Assembly (NCBI GenBank): GCA_963720545.1
Contig: OY970399.1
Location: forward strand, 544,001 to 608,000
DNA: 64,000 nt
Reading direction: 5' to 3'
Source of the DNA: an uncultured Acidobacteriota bacterium
Lineage (GTDB): Bacteria; Acidobacteriota; Vicinamibacteria; Fen-336
The notes under the pieces are model-generated. The model saw only the letters and a program-made list of their open reading frames with translations, did no database searches and was not told where the DNA came from. Of the stretch, positions 1-8,917 are shown piece by piece. Every line of letters starts with the position of its first letter. Positions within the stretch are counted from its first letter, which is position 1. The position numbers and the translations under genes were made by a program.

Positions 1-276
1 ATCCGCGCGGGCGATGGCACGCGCGAGGGGGTCGAACGAGGCCGGCTGGCCCGCAAGGACGGGGCTGCGCGCGACGAGCCGCGAGCTATAGAAGGCGTCG
101 CCGCGACCGCGGACCTGGACGAAAATGGTGTTGAGGCCGGCTTCGTGGGCGCGATCGACGATGTCGTCTACCGACTGCGGCGAGGCCAGCGCGGTGCGGA
201 CGATCCAGACCCCCCGGGTCTCCGGAACGGGAGCGGCCTGAAAGGCAGCCAGAAACAGGGCAAGTGCCGGGAACAT
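1..276 (-). CDS. Secreted glycoside hydrolase, YddW/GHL10 (DUF187) family; N-terminal part, runs off the window
   Basis: Not in the ORF track. Manual translation from ATG 276: MFPALALFLAAFQAAPVPETRGVWIVRTAL...AHEAGLNTIFVQVRGRGDAFYSS; signal peptide plus RGxW and N-T-I-F-V-Q-V-R-x-R-G-D-A-F-Y motifs typical of the family. Confidence 0.75.
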   Translation of the reverse strand, partial: MFPALALFLAAFQAAPVPETRGVWIVRTALASPQSVDDIVDRAHEAGLNTIFVQVRGRGDAFYSSRLVARSPVLAGQPASFDPLARAIARAD

Positions 277-329
277 AGCGGTTTGCGATGGTATCAGGGC
301 CCTTCACGGAAGCGCAAGTAAGCTAGCGC

Positions 330-350
330 ACTTAAAGTAACTCTTTAAGT
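330..350. promoter_or_regulatory. AT-rich palindrome, candidate operator in a divergent intergenic region
   Basis: ACTTAAAG-taact-CTTTAAGT, perfect 8-bp arms in otherwise GC-rich DNA. Confidence 0.45.
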
Positions 351-400
351 CGCCCCGACGCTCCCGGTTGCCCAAAACCTGCGTGCTATCATCCAGAGCG

Positions 401-1024
401 ATGAGGGTTTGGGCGCTTTTTCTCGCTGCAGCGGCCTTGGGGGCCCCGGCGCCCCCGCCAGGCGCCGCCGATTGGGCGCGCAAGATCGAACTGCGCCACC
501 GCGCTTCGGCCGACCTCACCGCGCGCTTCACCCAGACCTATCGTTCGAAGATGCTGGGCCGGCAGATCGTCGAAAAGGGCACGGTCACCATCAAGCGTCC
601 CGGCCGCATGCTCTGGGAATACCTCGAACCCGAAAAGAAGGTGTTCGTGAGCGACGGCCGGCAGATCTTCTTCTACGTGCCGGCCGACAAGCAGGTGATC
701 CGCCGTGACCAGCCGGGCGACAAGGGCGTGGCGCTCTCGCTGCTCTCGGGCCAGGCCGACCTGCTCAGCCAGTTCGACGTCGTTCTGGAGCAAAACGAGT
801 CGGGCGCGCCGCGGCTGCGGCTCACGCCGAAGAAGCCCGACCCCGAAGTGGAGCGGGTGTTTCTCGAGACCGATGCGCAGAACCGCATCACGGTGATCGA
901 CGTGAAGGACACGCAGGGCAACGAAAGCCGTTTCGCGTTCGACAACATCCGCGAGAACGTCGGCATCAAGGATTCGATATTCCGCTTCGTCGTCCCGAAG
1001 GGCGTCGAGGTGATCTCCGGATGA
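401..1024 (+). CDS. lolA: Outer-membrane lipoprotein carrier protein LolA
   Basis: Signal peptide; ARFTQ...KRPGRMLWEY..PEKKVFVSDG and C-terminal FRFVVPKGVEVI; ATG 401 follows an extended -10 box. Confidence 0.85.
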   Translation: MRVWALFLAAAALGAPAPPPGAADWARKIELRHRASADLTARFTQTYRSKMLGRQIVEKGTVTIKRPGRMLWEYLEPEKKVFVSDGRQIFFYVPADKQVIRRDQPGDKGVALSLLSGQADLLSQFDVVLEQNESGAPRLRLTPKKPDPEVERVFLETDAQNRITVIDVKDTQGNESRFAFDNIRENVGIKDSIFRFVVPKGVEVISG

Positions 1025-2841
1025 AGCTGGCGCGGTCCTTCTGCGTCGCGCTGGCACTGGCGGCCGCGGCCGGTTGCGCCACGAGCGCCGCGTTCCGCGC
1101 CGGCGAAAAGGCCGAGCGGCAGGGCCAGTTCGACAAGGCGGTGCTCGAGTACTCGAAGGCGGTCAAGGAGAACCCGGGCAACCTCACGTACCAGAAGATG
1201 CTGGAGCGCGCGCGCCTGCGGTCTTCCGAAGATCACGTCGCGTCGGCCCGCCGCCTCGAGGCGCGCGGCCTGCTCAAGGAGGCGCTCGACGAGCTGCGGC
1301 TCGCGAACGACCTGCGGCCCAGCGTGACGCTGGCGCAGGACATCGAGCGGCTCGAAACCATGCGCCGCGCCGGCATCGCGGCCTCGACGGTTGACGATGT
1401 CAAGCTCGAGGCGCGCGAACGCTCGTTCCCCGGTCTCGCCCTCGGCCCCGAGGCGCGCGAGCCGCTGGGACTGACGTTCCGCGGCTCGAGCCTGCGCGAG
1501 GCCTACGAGGCGCTGGGCCGTGCGGTCGGCGTCAACTTCGTCTTCGATCCCGACTACCGCGACACCACCGTCAACCTCGACCTGCGCGGCGCCTCCTTCG
1601 AACAGGCGCTGCTGGCGCTCGGCAACGCCGGCAAGACCTTCCATCGCGTCGGCGACGCGCACATGATGCTCGTCATCCCCGACACCGCCGACAAGCGCCG
1701 CGAGTTCGAGCGCCAGGTGGTGAAGACCTTCTTCCTCTCGAACGCCGACCTCAAGGAATCGGTCGACCTGCTGCGCATCGTGCTGGGCGCGCGGCGCGTG
1801 GCGCCGCTGCCCGGCGCCAACGCCATCACCATCAACGACACCCCCGAGAAGGTCGCGGCCGCCGAGCGCATCATCGACGTCATCGACAAGCGCCGTGCCG
1901 AGGTGGTGGTGGAAGTCGAGATCCTCGAGGTGAACCGCCAGAAGCTGAAGGAATACGGCATCGAGATCTCCTCGGGCATCGACGCCTTGCCCGGCATCGC
2001 GGGCCTCGCCTTCCCGCGCCAGGATCCCGCGAACCCGAACACCCTCGACCAGAACCCCTACCGCCGCTCCAACATCGTCATCAGCCAGCTGCCCGGCGTC
2101 ATCTACCGCCTGCTGCAGACCGACTCCGCCACCCGCATCCTCGCGAACCCGCAGATCCGCACCACCGAGGGCGAGACGGCGCAGGCGCGCTTCGGCGACC
2201 AGGTGCCGGTGCCGGTCACCACCTTCACGCCGCTCGCGACCGGCGGCGTGCAGCAGCAGCCCGTGACCTCGTTCGACTACAAGAACGTCGGCGTCAACAT
2301 CGACATCACGCCGCGCGTCCACCACGACGGCGAGGTCAGCCTGATCCTGAAGCTGGACATCTCCGCTGTCGGTCCGGCGGGTTTCCAGGGCCTGCCCACC
2401 TTCAACAGCCGCACGGTCACCAACCAGATCCGCCTGCGCGACGGCGAGACCAACATCATCGCCGGCCTCATCAGCGACACCGAGCGCAAGGCGATGCGCG
2501 GGCTGCCCGGGCTCGCCAGCCTGCCGTTCCTCGGCAAGCTGTTCGCGAACAACCGCGACGAGGAGATCCAGACGGACATCGTCATGACGCTGACGCCGCA
2601 CGTGGTGTCGCGCCCCAAGCTGAGCGTCGAGGACCTGCGCGCCTTCACGCTCGGCAGCGAAACCTCGCCGCTCCTCTTCGACGTGCCGGCCGTGCCTGCG
2701 CCGAGCGTGACGCCGCTGCCGGCGACACCGCGCATCGGCGGGCCTGCGGGCGACGAGCCGCGCCGCGCCGAGCCCATCCGCCCGCCGCCGCCATCGCCAA
2801 CGCCCGCGCCGACACCGACGCCGACTCCGGGCGATCGGTAG
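1021..2841 (+). CDS. Secretin (GspD/PilQ family) lipoprotein with TPR-like N-terminus
   Basis: Lipobox AAAGC; secretin motifs ILANPQIRT, GVNIDITPRV, LRDGETNIIAGLI, PGLASLPFLGKLF, LTPHVV; Pro/Thr-rich tail. Confidence 0.9.
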   Translation: MKLARSFCVALALAAAAGCATSAAFRAGEKAERQGQFDKAVLEYSKAVKENPGNLTYQKMLERARLRSSEDHVASARRLEARGLLKEALDELRLANDLRPSVTLAQDIERLETMRRAGIAASTVDDVKLEARERSFPGLALGPEAREPLGLTFRGSSLREAYEALGRAVGVNFVFDPDYRDTTVNLDLRGASFEQALLALGNAGKTFHRVGDAHMMLVIPDTADKRREFERQVVKTFFLSNADLKESVDLLRIVLGARRVAPLPGANAITINDTPEKVAAAERIIDVIDKRRAEVVVEVEILEVNRQKLKEYGIEISSGIDALPGIAGLAFPRQDPANPNTLDQNPYRRSNIVISQLPGVIYRLLQTDSATRILANPQIRTTEGETAQARFGDQVPVPVTTFTPLATGGVQQQPVTSFDYKNVGVNIDITPRVHHDGEVSLILKLDISAVGPAGFQGLPTFNSRTVTNQIRLRDGETNIIAGLISDTERKAMRGLPGLASLPFLGKLFANNRDEEIQTDIVMTLTPHVVSRPKLSVEDLRAFTLGSETSPLLFDVPAVPAPSVTPLPATPRIGGPAGDEPRRAEPIRPPPPSPTPAPTPTPTPGDR

Positions 2842-2861
2842 TACTCTCGGAGGCGACCGTC

Positions 2862-3134
2862 ATGCTCTCCCGCCTGCGCCACATCTTCACGCTGCTCACC
2901 GACCCGAAGATGCCCAAGCTGCCGCGCATCATCGTGCTGCTCGCGATCCTCTACGGGATCCTGCCGTTCGACTTCGTGCCCGATTTCGCGCCGGTCATCG
3001 GCTGGATGGACGACCTCGTCGTGCTGTGGCTCGGCATCCGCTGGCTGCTGAAGAGCGCCGCAGGGCGGCGAGGCGGCGACATCTCGCAGCCGCAGCCGGG
3101 CGTCATCGACACCACCGCCGAACGCCTTCGCTAG
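2862..3134 (+). CDS. DUF1232 (YkvA-like) small membrane protein
   Basis: YGILPFDFVPDFAPVIGWMDD motif; GGAGG Shine-Dalgarno. Confidence 0.85.
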   Translation: MLSRLRHIFTLLTDPKMPKLPRIIVLLAILYGILPFDFVPDFAPVIGWMDDLVVLWLGIRWLLKSAAGRRGGDISQPQPGVIDTTAERLR

Positions 3135-3214
3135 GCGCGCCCGCCCGGCACTCAGTCGTCATCGAGCTTGAGAGCAGGGAGGATATCCCGTATGCATGAG
3201 GGCGGAGGTGCGCT

Positions 3215-4015
3215 TTGCTCTTGCTCGCGATGGTCATGGTCGTAGCCCCGCTGGAAGTGGCCGCCGGCAACATGGTCCGCTGGTCGGTGCCGGGTACGAA
3301 GCGCTGTGCCGCCGGCAAGCGTTCCTGGGCGGCGCTGCAGGAAACCTGCTACTACCCGATCGACCTCGAGCAGGCCGCGGGCGTCCTGAGAGTGCGCCGC
3401 TACGGCGCCGGTGCTCCGGCCGCGGCAAGTGTCAAGGTCGTAGTGCCCGCGCCTGAGAAGCAGGACATCGTCCTCGAAGACATCCCGCAGGCCCACCCAT
3501 CCGCCGCCGATCGGCGCCGCAATGCACGCGACCAGGCTCTCGTCGCGAAGCTGTGGGTGAAGCGCGAAGGCCCGGCGCGCTTCACGCTGCCACTGGCGCC
3601 GCCGGCGAGTCCGCTGCCCGAAGGCAACGGCTTCGGCTCGATGTGGGTGTTCAACACCCCGCCGGGTTCGTCCGAACTGCACACCGGGGTCGATTACGCG
3701 CTGCCCGCCGGCACACCATTGAAAGCTGTCGCCGACGGCACGGTGGCGATCGCCGAGGATCTTTTCTTCGCCGGCAAGTCGGTCTTCATCGATCACGGTA
3801 ACGGCCTCGTCAGCATGTACTTCCACCTGTCGGAAATTCGCGTGCAGGCGAACCAGGACGTGAAGGGCGGCGAAACGATCGGCCTCGTGGGCGCAACCGG
3901 CCGCGTCACCGGCCCGCATCTGCACCTTGGCATTCGCTGGCACGGCCTGCGCGTTGACCCGCAGCTGCTGTTCGGCGACCCCGCGAAGATCCCGCCGGTC
4001 GAGACGCAGCCTTAG
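3215..4015 (+). CDS. M23 family metallopeptidase
   Basis: HTGVD, IDHGNG, YFHLS, GATGRVTGPHLH motifs; start codon uncertain. Confidence 0.9.
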   Translation: MLLLAMVMVVAPLEVAAGNMVRWSVPGTKRCAAGKRSWAALQETCYYPIDLEQAAGVLRVRRYGAGAPAAASVKVVVPAPEKQDIVLEDIPQAHPSAADRRRNARDQALVAKLWVKREGPARFTLPLAPPASPLPEGNGFGSMWVFNTPPGSSELHTGVDYALPAGTPLKAVADGTVAIAEDLFFAGKSVFIDHGNGLVSMYFHLSEIRVQANQDVKGGETIGLVGATGRVTGPHLHLGIRWHGLRVDPQLLFGDPAKIPPVETQP

Positions 4016-5301
4016 GCGACTTTTTCGATCTTCACCTTGCTGACGCGGTTCTTCTCGACGTCCACGACCGTCAGCCGGTAGCCGTCGGTCTCCACCACCT
4101 CCCCGCCGCGCGGCACCGAGCCGAGGCGGTCGAGCATGAAGCCGGCGACCGTCTCGAACTCGCTCGATTCGGGAACCGGCACCTGGTAGCGCTCGCGCAG
4201 TGTCGCGGCCGAGAGGGTGCCCTCGACGACCATGGCGCCGTCGCGCAGGCGCTCGACCGGACGCTCTTCCCAGTCGTGCTCGTCGTGGATCTCGCCGACG
4301 ATTTCCTCGAGCAGGTCCTCGAGCGTCACGATGCCCGCGACCGAGCCGTGCTCGTCGAGCACGATCGCGAGGTGGATGCGGCGCCGCTGCAGGTCCTTGA
4401 GGAGCGGACCGACCTTCTTGGTCTCGGGCACGAAGTGCACCGGCCGCAGCAGCTTGCGCAGCAGGATCGGCTCGTGGTGCTCGAGCACCGGCAGCAGGTC
4501 CTTGACGTAGACGACGCCGATGATGTTGTCCACCGACTCCTCGAACACCGGGATGCGCGAGAAGCCGCCCTCGATGATGGCGTTCGCGACTTCGGTGGGC
4601 GGCGTTGCGGCGTCGATCGCGAACACCTTCGGCCGCGGAATCATGACCTTGCGCACCGGCGTGTCGGAGAAGTCGAAGACGCTGTGGATCATCTCCAGCT
4701 CGCTCGCGTCGAGGACGCCTTGCTCCTTGCCTTCGCGAATCAGGTGCTTCAGCTCCTCATGCGAGACGAACGAGTTGCTCGGCGGGTTGCGGATGCCGAA
4801 CAGGCGCAGCACGGCGCGCGTCGAGGCGGTGAGGATGCGGATGAATACCTTGGAGGCCTGCGACAGCATCAGCAGCGGCCAGGAAACCACGAGCGCGGCG
4901 CTCTCGGCGTAGCGCAGCGCGATGCCCTTCGGCACCAGTTCGCCAATCGTCAGTTCGACGTAGACGATGCCCGCGCCGACCAGCACCGCTGCCGCCCACG
5001 GCAGGTGCGCAAAGTACGGGTTCGCCATGAGTGCCGGCTCGACGTGGCGGCTCGCGAGGTAGCCGCCGAGGAGGCCGGCGAGCGTTCCCATGAGCGTGAC
5101 ACCCATCTGCACCGTCGCCAGGAAAGAGTCGGGATTGTCCTGCAGGCGCTGCACGCGCAGGGCCGCCTTGCTGCCTTCGTCGGCGAGGGCCTGGATGCGG
5201 CTGCGCTTCGCGGAGATGACGGCGATCTCGGCGCCGGAGAAAAACCCGTTCCCCAGCAGGCACAACACGATAGCGATGATGAGAACGACGGGACCAGCCA
5301 T
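4012..5301 (-). CDS. Hemolysin/CNNM family protein (DUF21-CBS-CBS-CorC)
   Basis: NGFFSGAEIA, GELVPK, FSRIPV, VPETK, LDEHG..GIVTLEDLLEEIVGEI motifs. Confidence 0.92.
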   Translation of the reverse strand: MAGPVVLIIAIVLCLLGNGFFSGAEIAVISAKRSRIQALADEGSKAALRVQRLQDNPDSFLATVQMGVTLMGTLAGLLGGYLASRHVEPALMANPYFAHLPWAAAVLVGAGIVYVELTIGELVPKGIALRYAESAALVVSWPLLMLSQASKVFIRILTASTRAVLRLFGIRNPPSNSFVSHEELKHLIREGKEQGVLDASELEMIHSVFDFSDTPVRKVMIPRPKVFAIDAATPPTEVANAIIEGGFSRIPVFEESVDNIIGVVYVKDLLPVLEHHEPILLRKLLRPVHFVPETKKVGPLLKDLQRRRIHLAIVLDEHGSVAGIVTLEDLLEEIVGEIHDEHDWEERPVERLRDGAMVVEGTLSAATLRERYQVPVPESSEFETVAGFMLDRLGSVPRGGEVVETDGYRLTVVDVEKNRVSKVKIEKVA

Positions 5302-5442
5302 GTTTGGCGGTGATTCTAGCAGGCCGGGAAGGTCGCCTCCGGTTGTCAGCGGAAGCCCCCATTTGATAACTTGAGGCGTACCCTCACCTTTCCGCTATCC
5401 GCTTTCCGCACTGATGCTTACCTCGAACGGGGAGAGACTTCC

Positions 5443-6861
5443 TTGGCCAATGGCGAGATTTTCGACGTCACCATAGTCGGCAGCGGCCCGGGAGGCTACG
5501 TGGCCGCCATTCGGGCCGCCCAGATGGGCCTGAAGGCGGCGGTGGTGGAACGCGATCCGCTGGGCACCGGCGGCACCTGCCTGCAGCGCGGCTGCATCCC
5601 GACAAAGGCCCTGCTGCACACCGCCGACCTCTACGAGGACCTGAAAAACGGCAAGGAATTCGGCGTCCGCGCCGACAACATTGCGCTCGACATGGAAGCG
5701 CTGATGAACCGCAAGCAGCGCATCGTCCAGCGCCTCAGCAAGGGCATCGGCGGCTACTTGTTCAAGAAGAACGGCGTCAAGCTGTTTGCCGGCCAGGGGC
5801 GCCTCGAGAGTGCGCGCAGCGTCGTCGTCAAGGGCGAGGCCGGCGAGACGCGCATCGAGACGAAGAACGTCATCATCGCCACCGGTTCGCAGCCGAAATC
5901 GCTGCCGGGAATGGCGCCCGACGGCAAGTCGATCATGACCTCGGACGACATCCTCGAGATCAGGCACGTGCCGCGCAGCCTCACCGTCATCGGCGCCGGC
6001 GCCGTCGGCATCGAGTTCGCGTCGATCTTCGCGCGCTACGGTTCCGACGTGACGGTGATCGAGCTGCTGCCGCGGGTGCTGCCGCTCGAAGACGAGGAGA
6101 TCTCGGCCGAGGCGCAGAAGCAGCTCGGCAAGTACATGAAGATCTTCACCGGCGCCAAGACCGAGGGCGCCCTCAAGACCGTCAACGGCGTCGAGGTGGC
6201 GTTTCGCACCGCCGCCGGCGAGCAGAAGAGCGTCACCTCCGAGATCCTGCTGGTGGCCGTGGGCCGCGGACCGGTCACCGACGGCCTCAACCTCGAAGCG
6301 ACGAAGGTGGAGCTCGACCGCGGCTACCTCAAGGTCAACAACCTCATGCAGACCGCCGAGCCCGGCATCTTCGCGATCGGCGACGTGGTCACGATCGACG
6401 GGCCGCACCCGCAGCTCGCGCACGTCGCTTCGTTCGAGGGCATCGGCGTCGCCGAGCGCCTCGCCGGCAAGCCGACCGAGCCGGTCAACTACGATCGCGT
6501 GCCCTCCGCAACCTACTGCCGCCCCGAGGTCGCGGGCGTCGGGCTGACCGAGGCGGAGGCGAAGAAGCGCGGCTACGACGTCAAGGTCGGCCGCTTCCCG
6601 TTCGGCAACCTGGCGAAGCCGCGCATTCTCGGCCACGACGCAGGTTTCGTGAAGGTGGTGTCCGAGGCGAAGTACGACGAGGTGCTCGGCATCCACATCG
6701 TCGGCCCGCACGCGACCGACCTGATCTCGGAAGCCTGCGTGGCGCTGCGACTCGAAGCCACCACCGACGAGATCGCGAGGACCATGCATCCGCACCCGAC
6801 GCTGCCGGAGGCGCTCATGCAGGCCGCCGAGGCAGTGTACGGCCATGCGATAGATGCCTAA
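5443..6861 (+). CDS. lpdA: Dihydrolipoyl dehydrogenase (E3)
   Basis: GSGPGG, GGTCLQRGCIPTK redox disulfide, GAGAVG, HPHPTLPE; TTG 5443 preceded by GGAGAG. Confidence 0.95.
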   Translation: MANGEIFDVTIVGSGPGGYVAAIRAAQMGLKAAVVERDPLGTGGTCLQRGCIPTKALLHTADLYEDLKNGKEFGVRADNIALDMEALMNRKQRIVQRLSKGIGGYLFKKNGVKLFAGQGRLESARSVVVKGEAGETRIETKNVIIATGSQPKSLPGMAPDGKSIMTSDDILEIRHVPRSLTVIGAGAVGIEFASIFARYGSDVTVIELLPRVLPLEDEEISAEAQKQLGKYMKIFTGAKTEGALKTVNGVEVAFRTAAGEQKSVTSEILLVAVGRGPVTDGLNLEATKVELDRGYLKVNNLMQTAEPGIFAIGDVVTIDGPHPQLAHVASFEGIGVAERLAGKPTEPVNYDRVPSATYCRPEVAGVGLTEAEAKKRGYDVKVGRFPFGNLAKPRILGHDAGFVKVVSEAKYDEVLGIHIVGPHATDLISEACVALRLEATTDEIARTMHPHPTLPEALMQAAEAVYGHAIDA

Positions 6862-7912
6862 GCCCGCGGCCGGCCGGCTCGACACGGTGCAGCTGCTCGA
6901 GCTGTACCGCTTCATGAAGCTGAACCGCATGGTCGAGGAGAAGCTCACCAACCTCTACCGCCAGAACCAGGTGGTGGGCGGCCTCTACCGCAGCCTCGGG
7001 CAGGAGGCGTGTTCCGTGGGCAGCGCTTACGCGCTCGAGCCGGGCGACATCTTCACGCCTCTGATCCGCAACCTCGGCGCCATCTTCGTGCGCGGCGGCG
7101 AGCCGCGGCAGGTGTTCGCGCAGTACATGGCGCGCGCCGGCGGCCCGACCCGCGGCCGCGACCTCAACACCCACTTCGGCTGGCTGTCGCCGCAGGGCAG
7201 CATGCTGGCCGTGATCTCGATGCTCGGCGACATGGTCGCGATCCTCACCGGCGCGGTGCTCGCGGAGCGCATGCAGGGCCGCAGCACGGTGGCGCTCAAC
7301 TGGATCGGCGACGGCGGCACCTCCACGGGTGCCTTCCACGAGGGCTGGAACCTCGCCTGCGTGCAGAAAGCGCCGCTCGTGCTGATCGTCGAGAACAACA
7401 AGTGGGCGTACTCGACGCCGACGCGCCGGCAAATGGCGAACACCAACATCGTCGACCGCGCCGCGGGCTACGGCTGCGCCGGCGCCAGCGTCGACGGCAA
7501 CGACGTGCTCGCCGTCTACGAGACGACACGCCGCGCCATCGAGCGGGCGCGCGCCGGCGACGGTCCGACGCTCATCGAAGCCGACACCATGCGCATGCGC
7601 GGCCATGCCGAGCACGACGACATGAAGTACGTGCCGCCGGAGCAGATAGAGGAATGGCACCAGCGCGACCCGATCGCGCGCTTCGAGAAGCAGCTGCTGG
7701 ACGGCGCGGTGTGCACGCGCGCCGACCTCGACAGCATCGTCGCAACGCTCGACGCGCAGCTGCGCGAGGACGTGGCGTGGGCCGAGGCGTCGCCATTCCC
7801 GGAAGGCGAGACGGCGCTGGGCGGCGTGTACGGCGATCGCGAGACCGCCGACGCGACGCCGCTCATCGTCAGGGAGTTTCGGCGGCGCGCGGCCGAGGCG
7901 GGCGGCGGCTGA
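6854..7912 (+). CDS. 2-oxoacid dehydrogenase E1 alpha subunit (pyruvate or branched-chain)
   Basis: GQEA, TPP motif GDGG...ENN, RMRGHAEHDD. Confidence 0.92.
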   Translation: MPKPAAGRLDTVQLLELYRFMKLNRMVEEKLTNLYRQNQVVGGLYRSLGQEACSVGSAYALEPGDIFTPLIRNLGAIFVRGGEPRQVFAQYMARAGGPTRGRDLNTHFGWLSPQGSMLAVISMLGDMVAILTGAVLAERMQGRSTVALNWIGDGGTSTGAFHEGWNLACVQKAPLVLIVENNKWAYSTPTRRQMANTNIVDRAAGYGCAGASVDGNDVLAVYETTRRAIERARAGDGPTLIEADTMRMRGHAEHDDMKYVPPEQIEEWHQRDPIARFEKQLLDGAVCTRADLDSIVATLDAQLREDVAWAEASPFPEGETALGGVYGDRETADATPLIVREFRRRAAEAGGG

Positions 7913-8886
7913 TGGCGCTCCTCACCTACCTCGAGGCCATCCGCCTGGCGATGCTCGAGGAGATGGAACAGGACCCCCGGGTCTTCGTCATCGGCGAGGA
8001 TGTCGCGACCTACGGCGGGGCGTTCCGCGTCACCGCGGGGTTTCTCGACAAGTTCGGCGCGGCCCGCGTCATCGACACGCCAATCTCCGAAAACGCCATC
8101 GTCGGCGCCGCGATCGGCGCGGCGCTCATGGGCATGCGCCCGATCGCCGAGATGCAGTTCATCGACTTCATCGCCTGCGCCTTCGACCCGATCGTCAACT
8201 ACGCGGCCAAGAGCCGCTACCGCTGGGGCGGCGGCGTGCCGATCGTGATCCGCGGCCCGAGCGGCGGCGGCGTGCGCGGCGGCCCGTTCCACAGCCAGAA
8301 CCCTGAGTCCTACTTCATGAACGTGCCGGGGCTCAAGATCGTGGCGCCGGCCTTCCCTTCCGACGCGAAGGGCCTGATGACCGCGGCTATTCGCGATCCC
8401 GATCCGGTGCTCTATCTCGAGCACAAGTACCTCTACCGGCGCATCAAGGACGAAGTGGCCGAGGGCGAAATCGTGGTCCCGATCGGCAAGGCCAGGGTGG
8501 TGCGCGCCGGCGCCGACGTCTCGGTCGTCACCTATGCGGCCATGGTGCACGTCGCCATGGAGGCTGCGGAAGCCGCGGCCCGCGACGGCATCGACGTCGA
8601 GATCCTCGACCTGCGCACGTTGCTGCCGCTCGACGAGGAAGCGGTCCTGCAGACCGCGGCAAAGACCGGCCGCGTGATCCTGCTGCACGAGCCGACGCGC
8701 ACCGGCGGACCCGGGGGCGAGCTGGCGGCGCTCATCGCCGAGAAGGCGTTCGAGCATCTCGACGCGCCGATCGTGCGGGTGGCGCCGCCCGACACGCCGG
8801 TGCCCTATGCGCCGACGCTCGAGGACTTCTTCCTGCCGAATGCCGCCAAGCTCGGCGAGGCCATCCGGGCGCTGGCCCACTACTGA
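7912..8886 (+). CDS. 2-oxoacid dehydrogenase E1 beta subunit
   Basis: Starts MALLTYLEAI at a TGATG overlap; GEDV, DTPISE, EMQFIDF, FHSQ, LEHK motifs. Confidence 0.93.
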   Translation: MALLTYLEAIRLAMLEEMEQDPRVFVIGEDVATYGGAFRVTAGFLDKFGAARVIDTPISENAIVGAAIGAALMGMRPIAEMQFIDFIACAFDPIVNYAAKSRYRWGGGVPIVIRGPSGGGVRGGPFHSQNPESYFMNVPGLKIVAPAFPSDAKGLMTAAIRDPDPVLYLEHKYLYRRIKDEVAEGEIVVPIGKARVVRAGADVSVVTYAAMVHVAMEAAEAAARDGIDVEILDLRTLLPLDEEAVLQTAAKTGRVILLHEPTRTGGPGGELAALIAEKAFEHLDAPIVRVAPPDTPVPYAPTLEDFFLPNAAKLGEAIRALAHY

Positions 8887-8917
8887 CCTTGGTAGAATTT
8901 CGCTCTAAGGAGCCATC

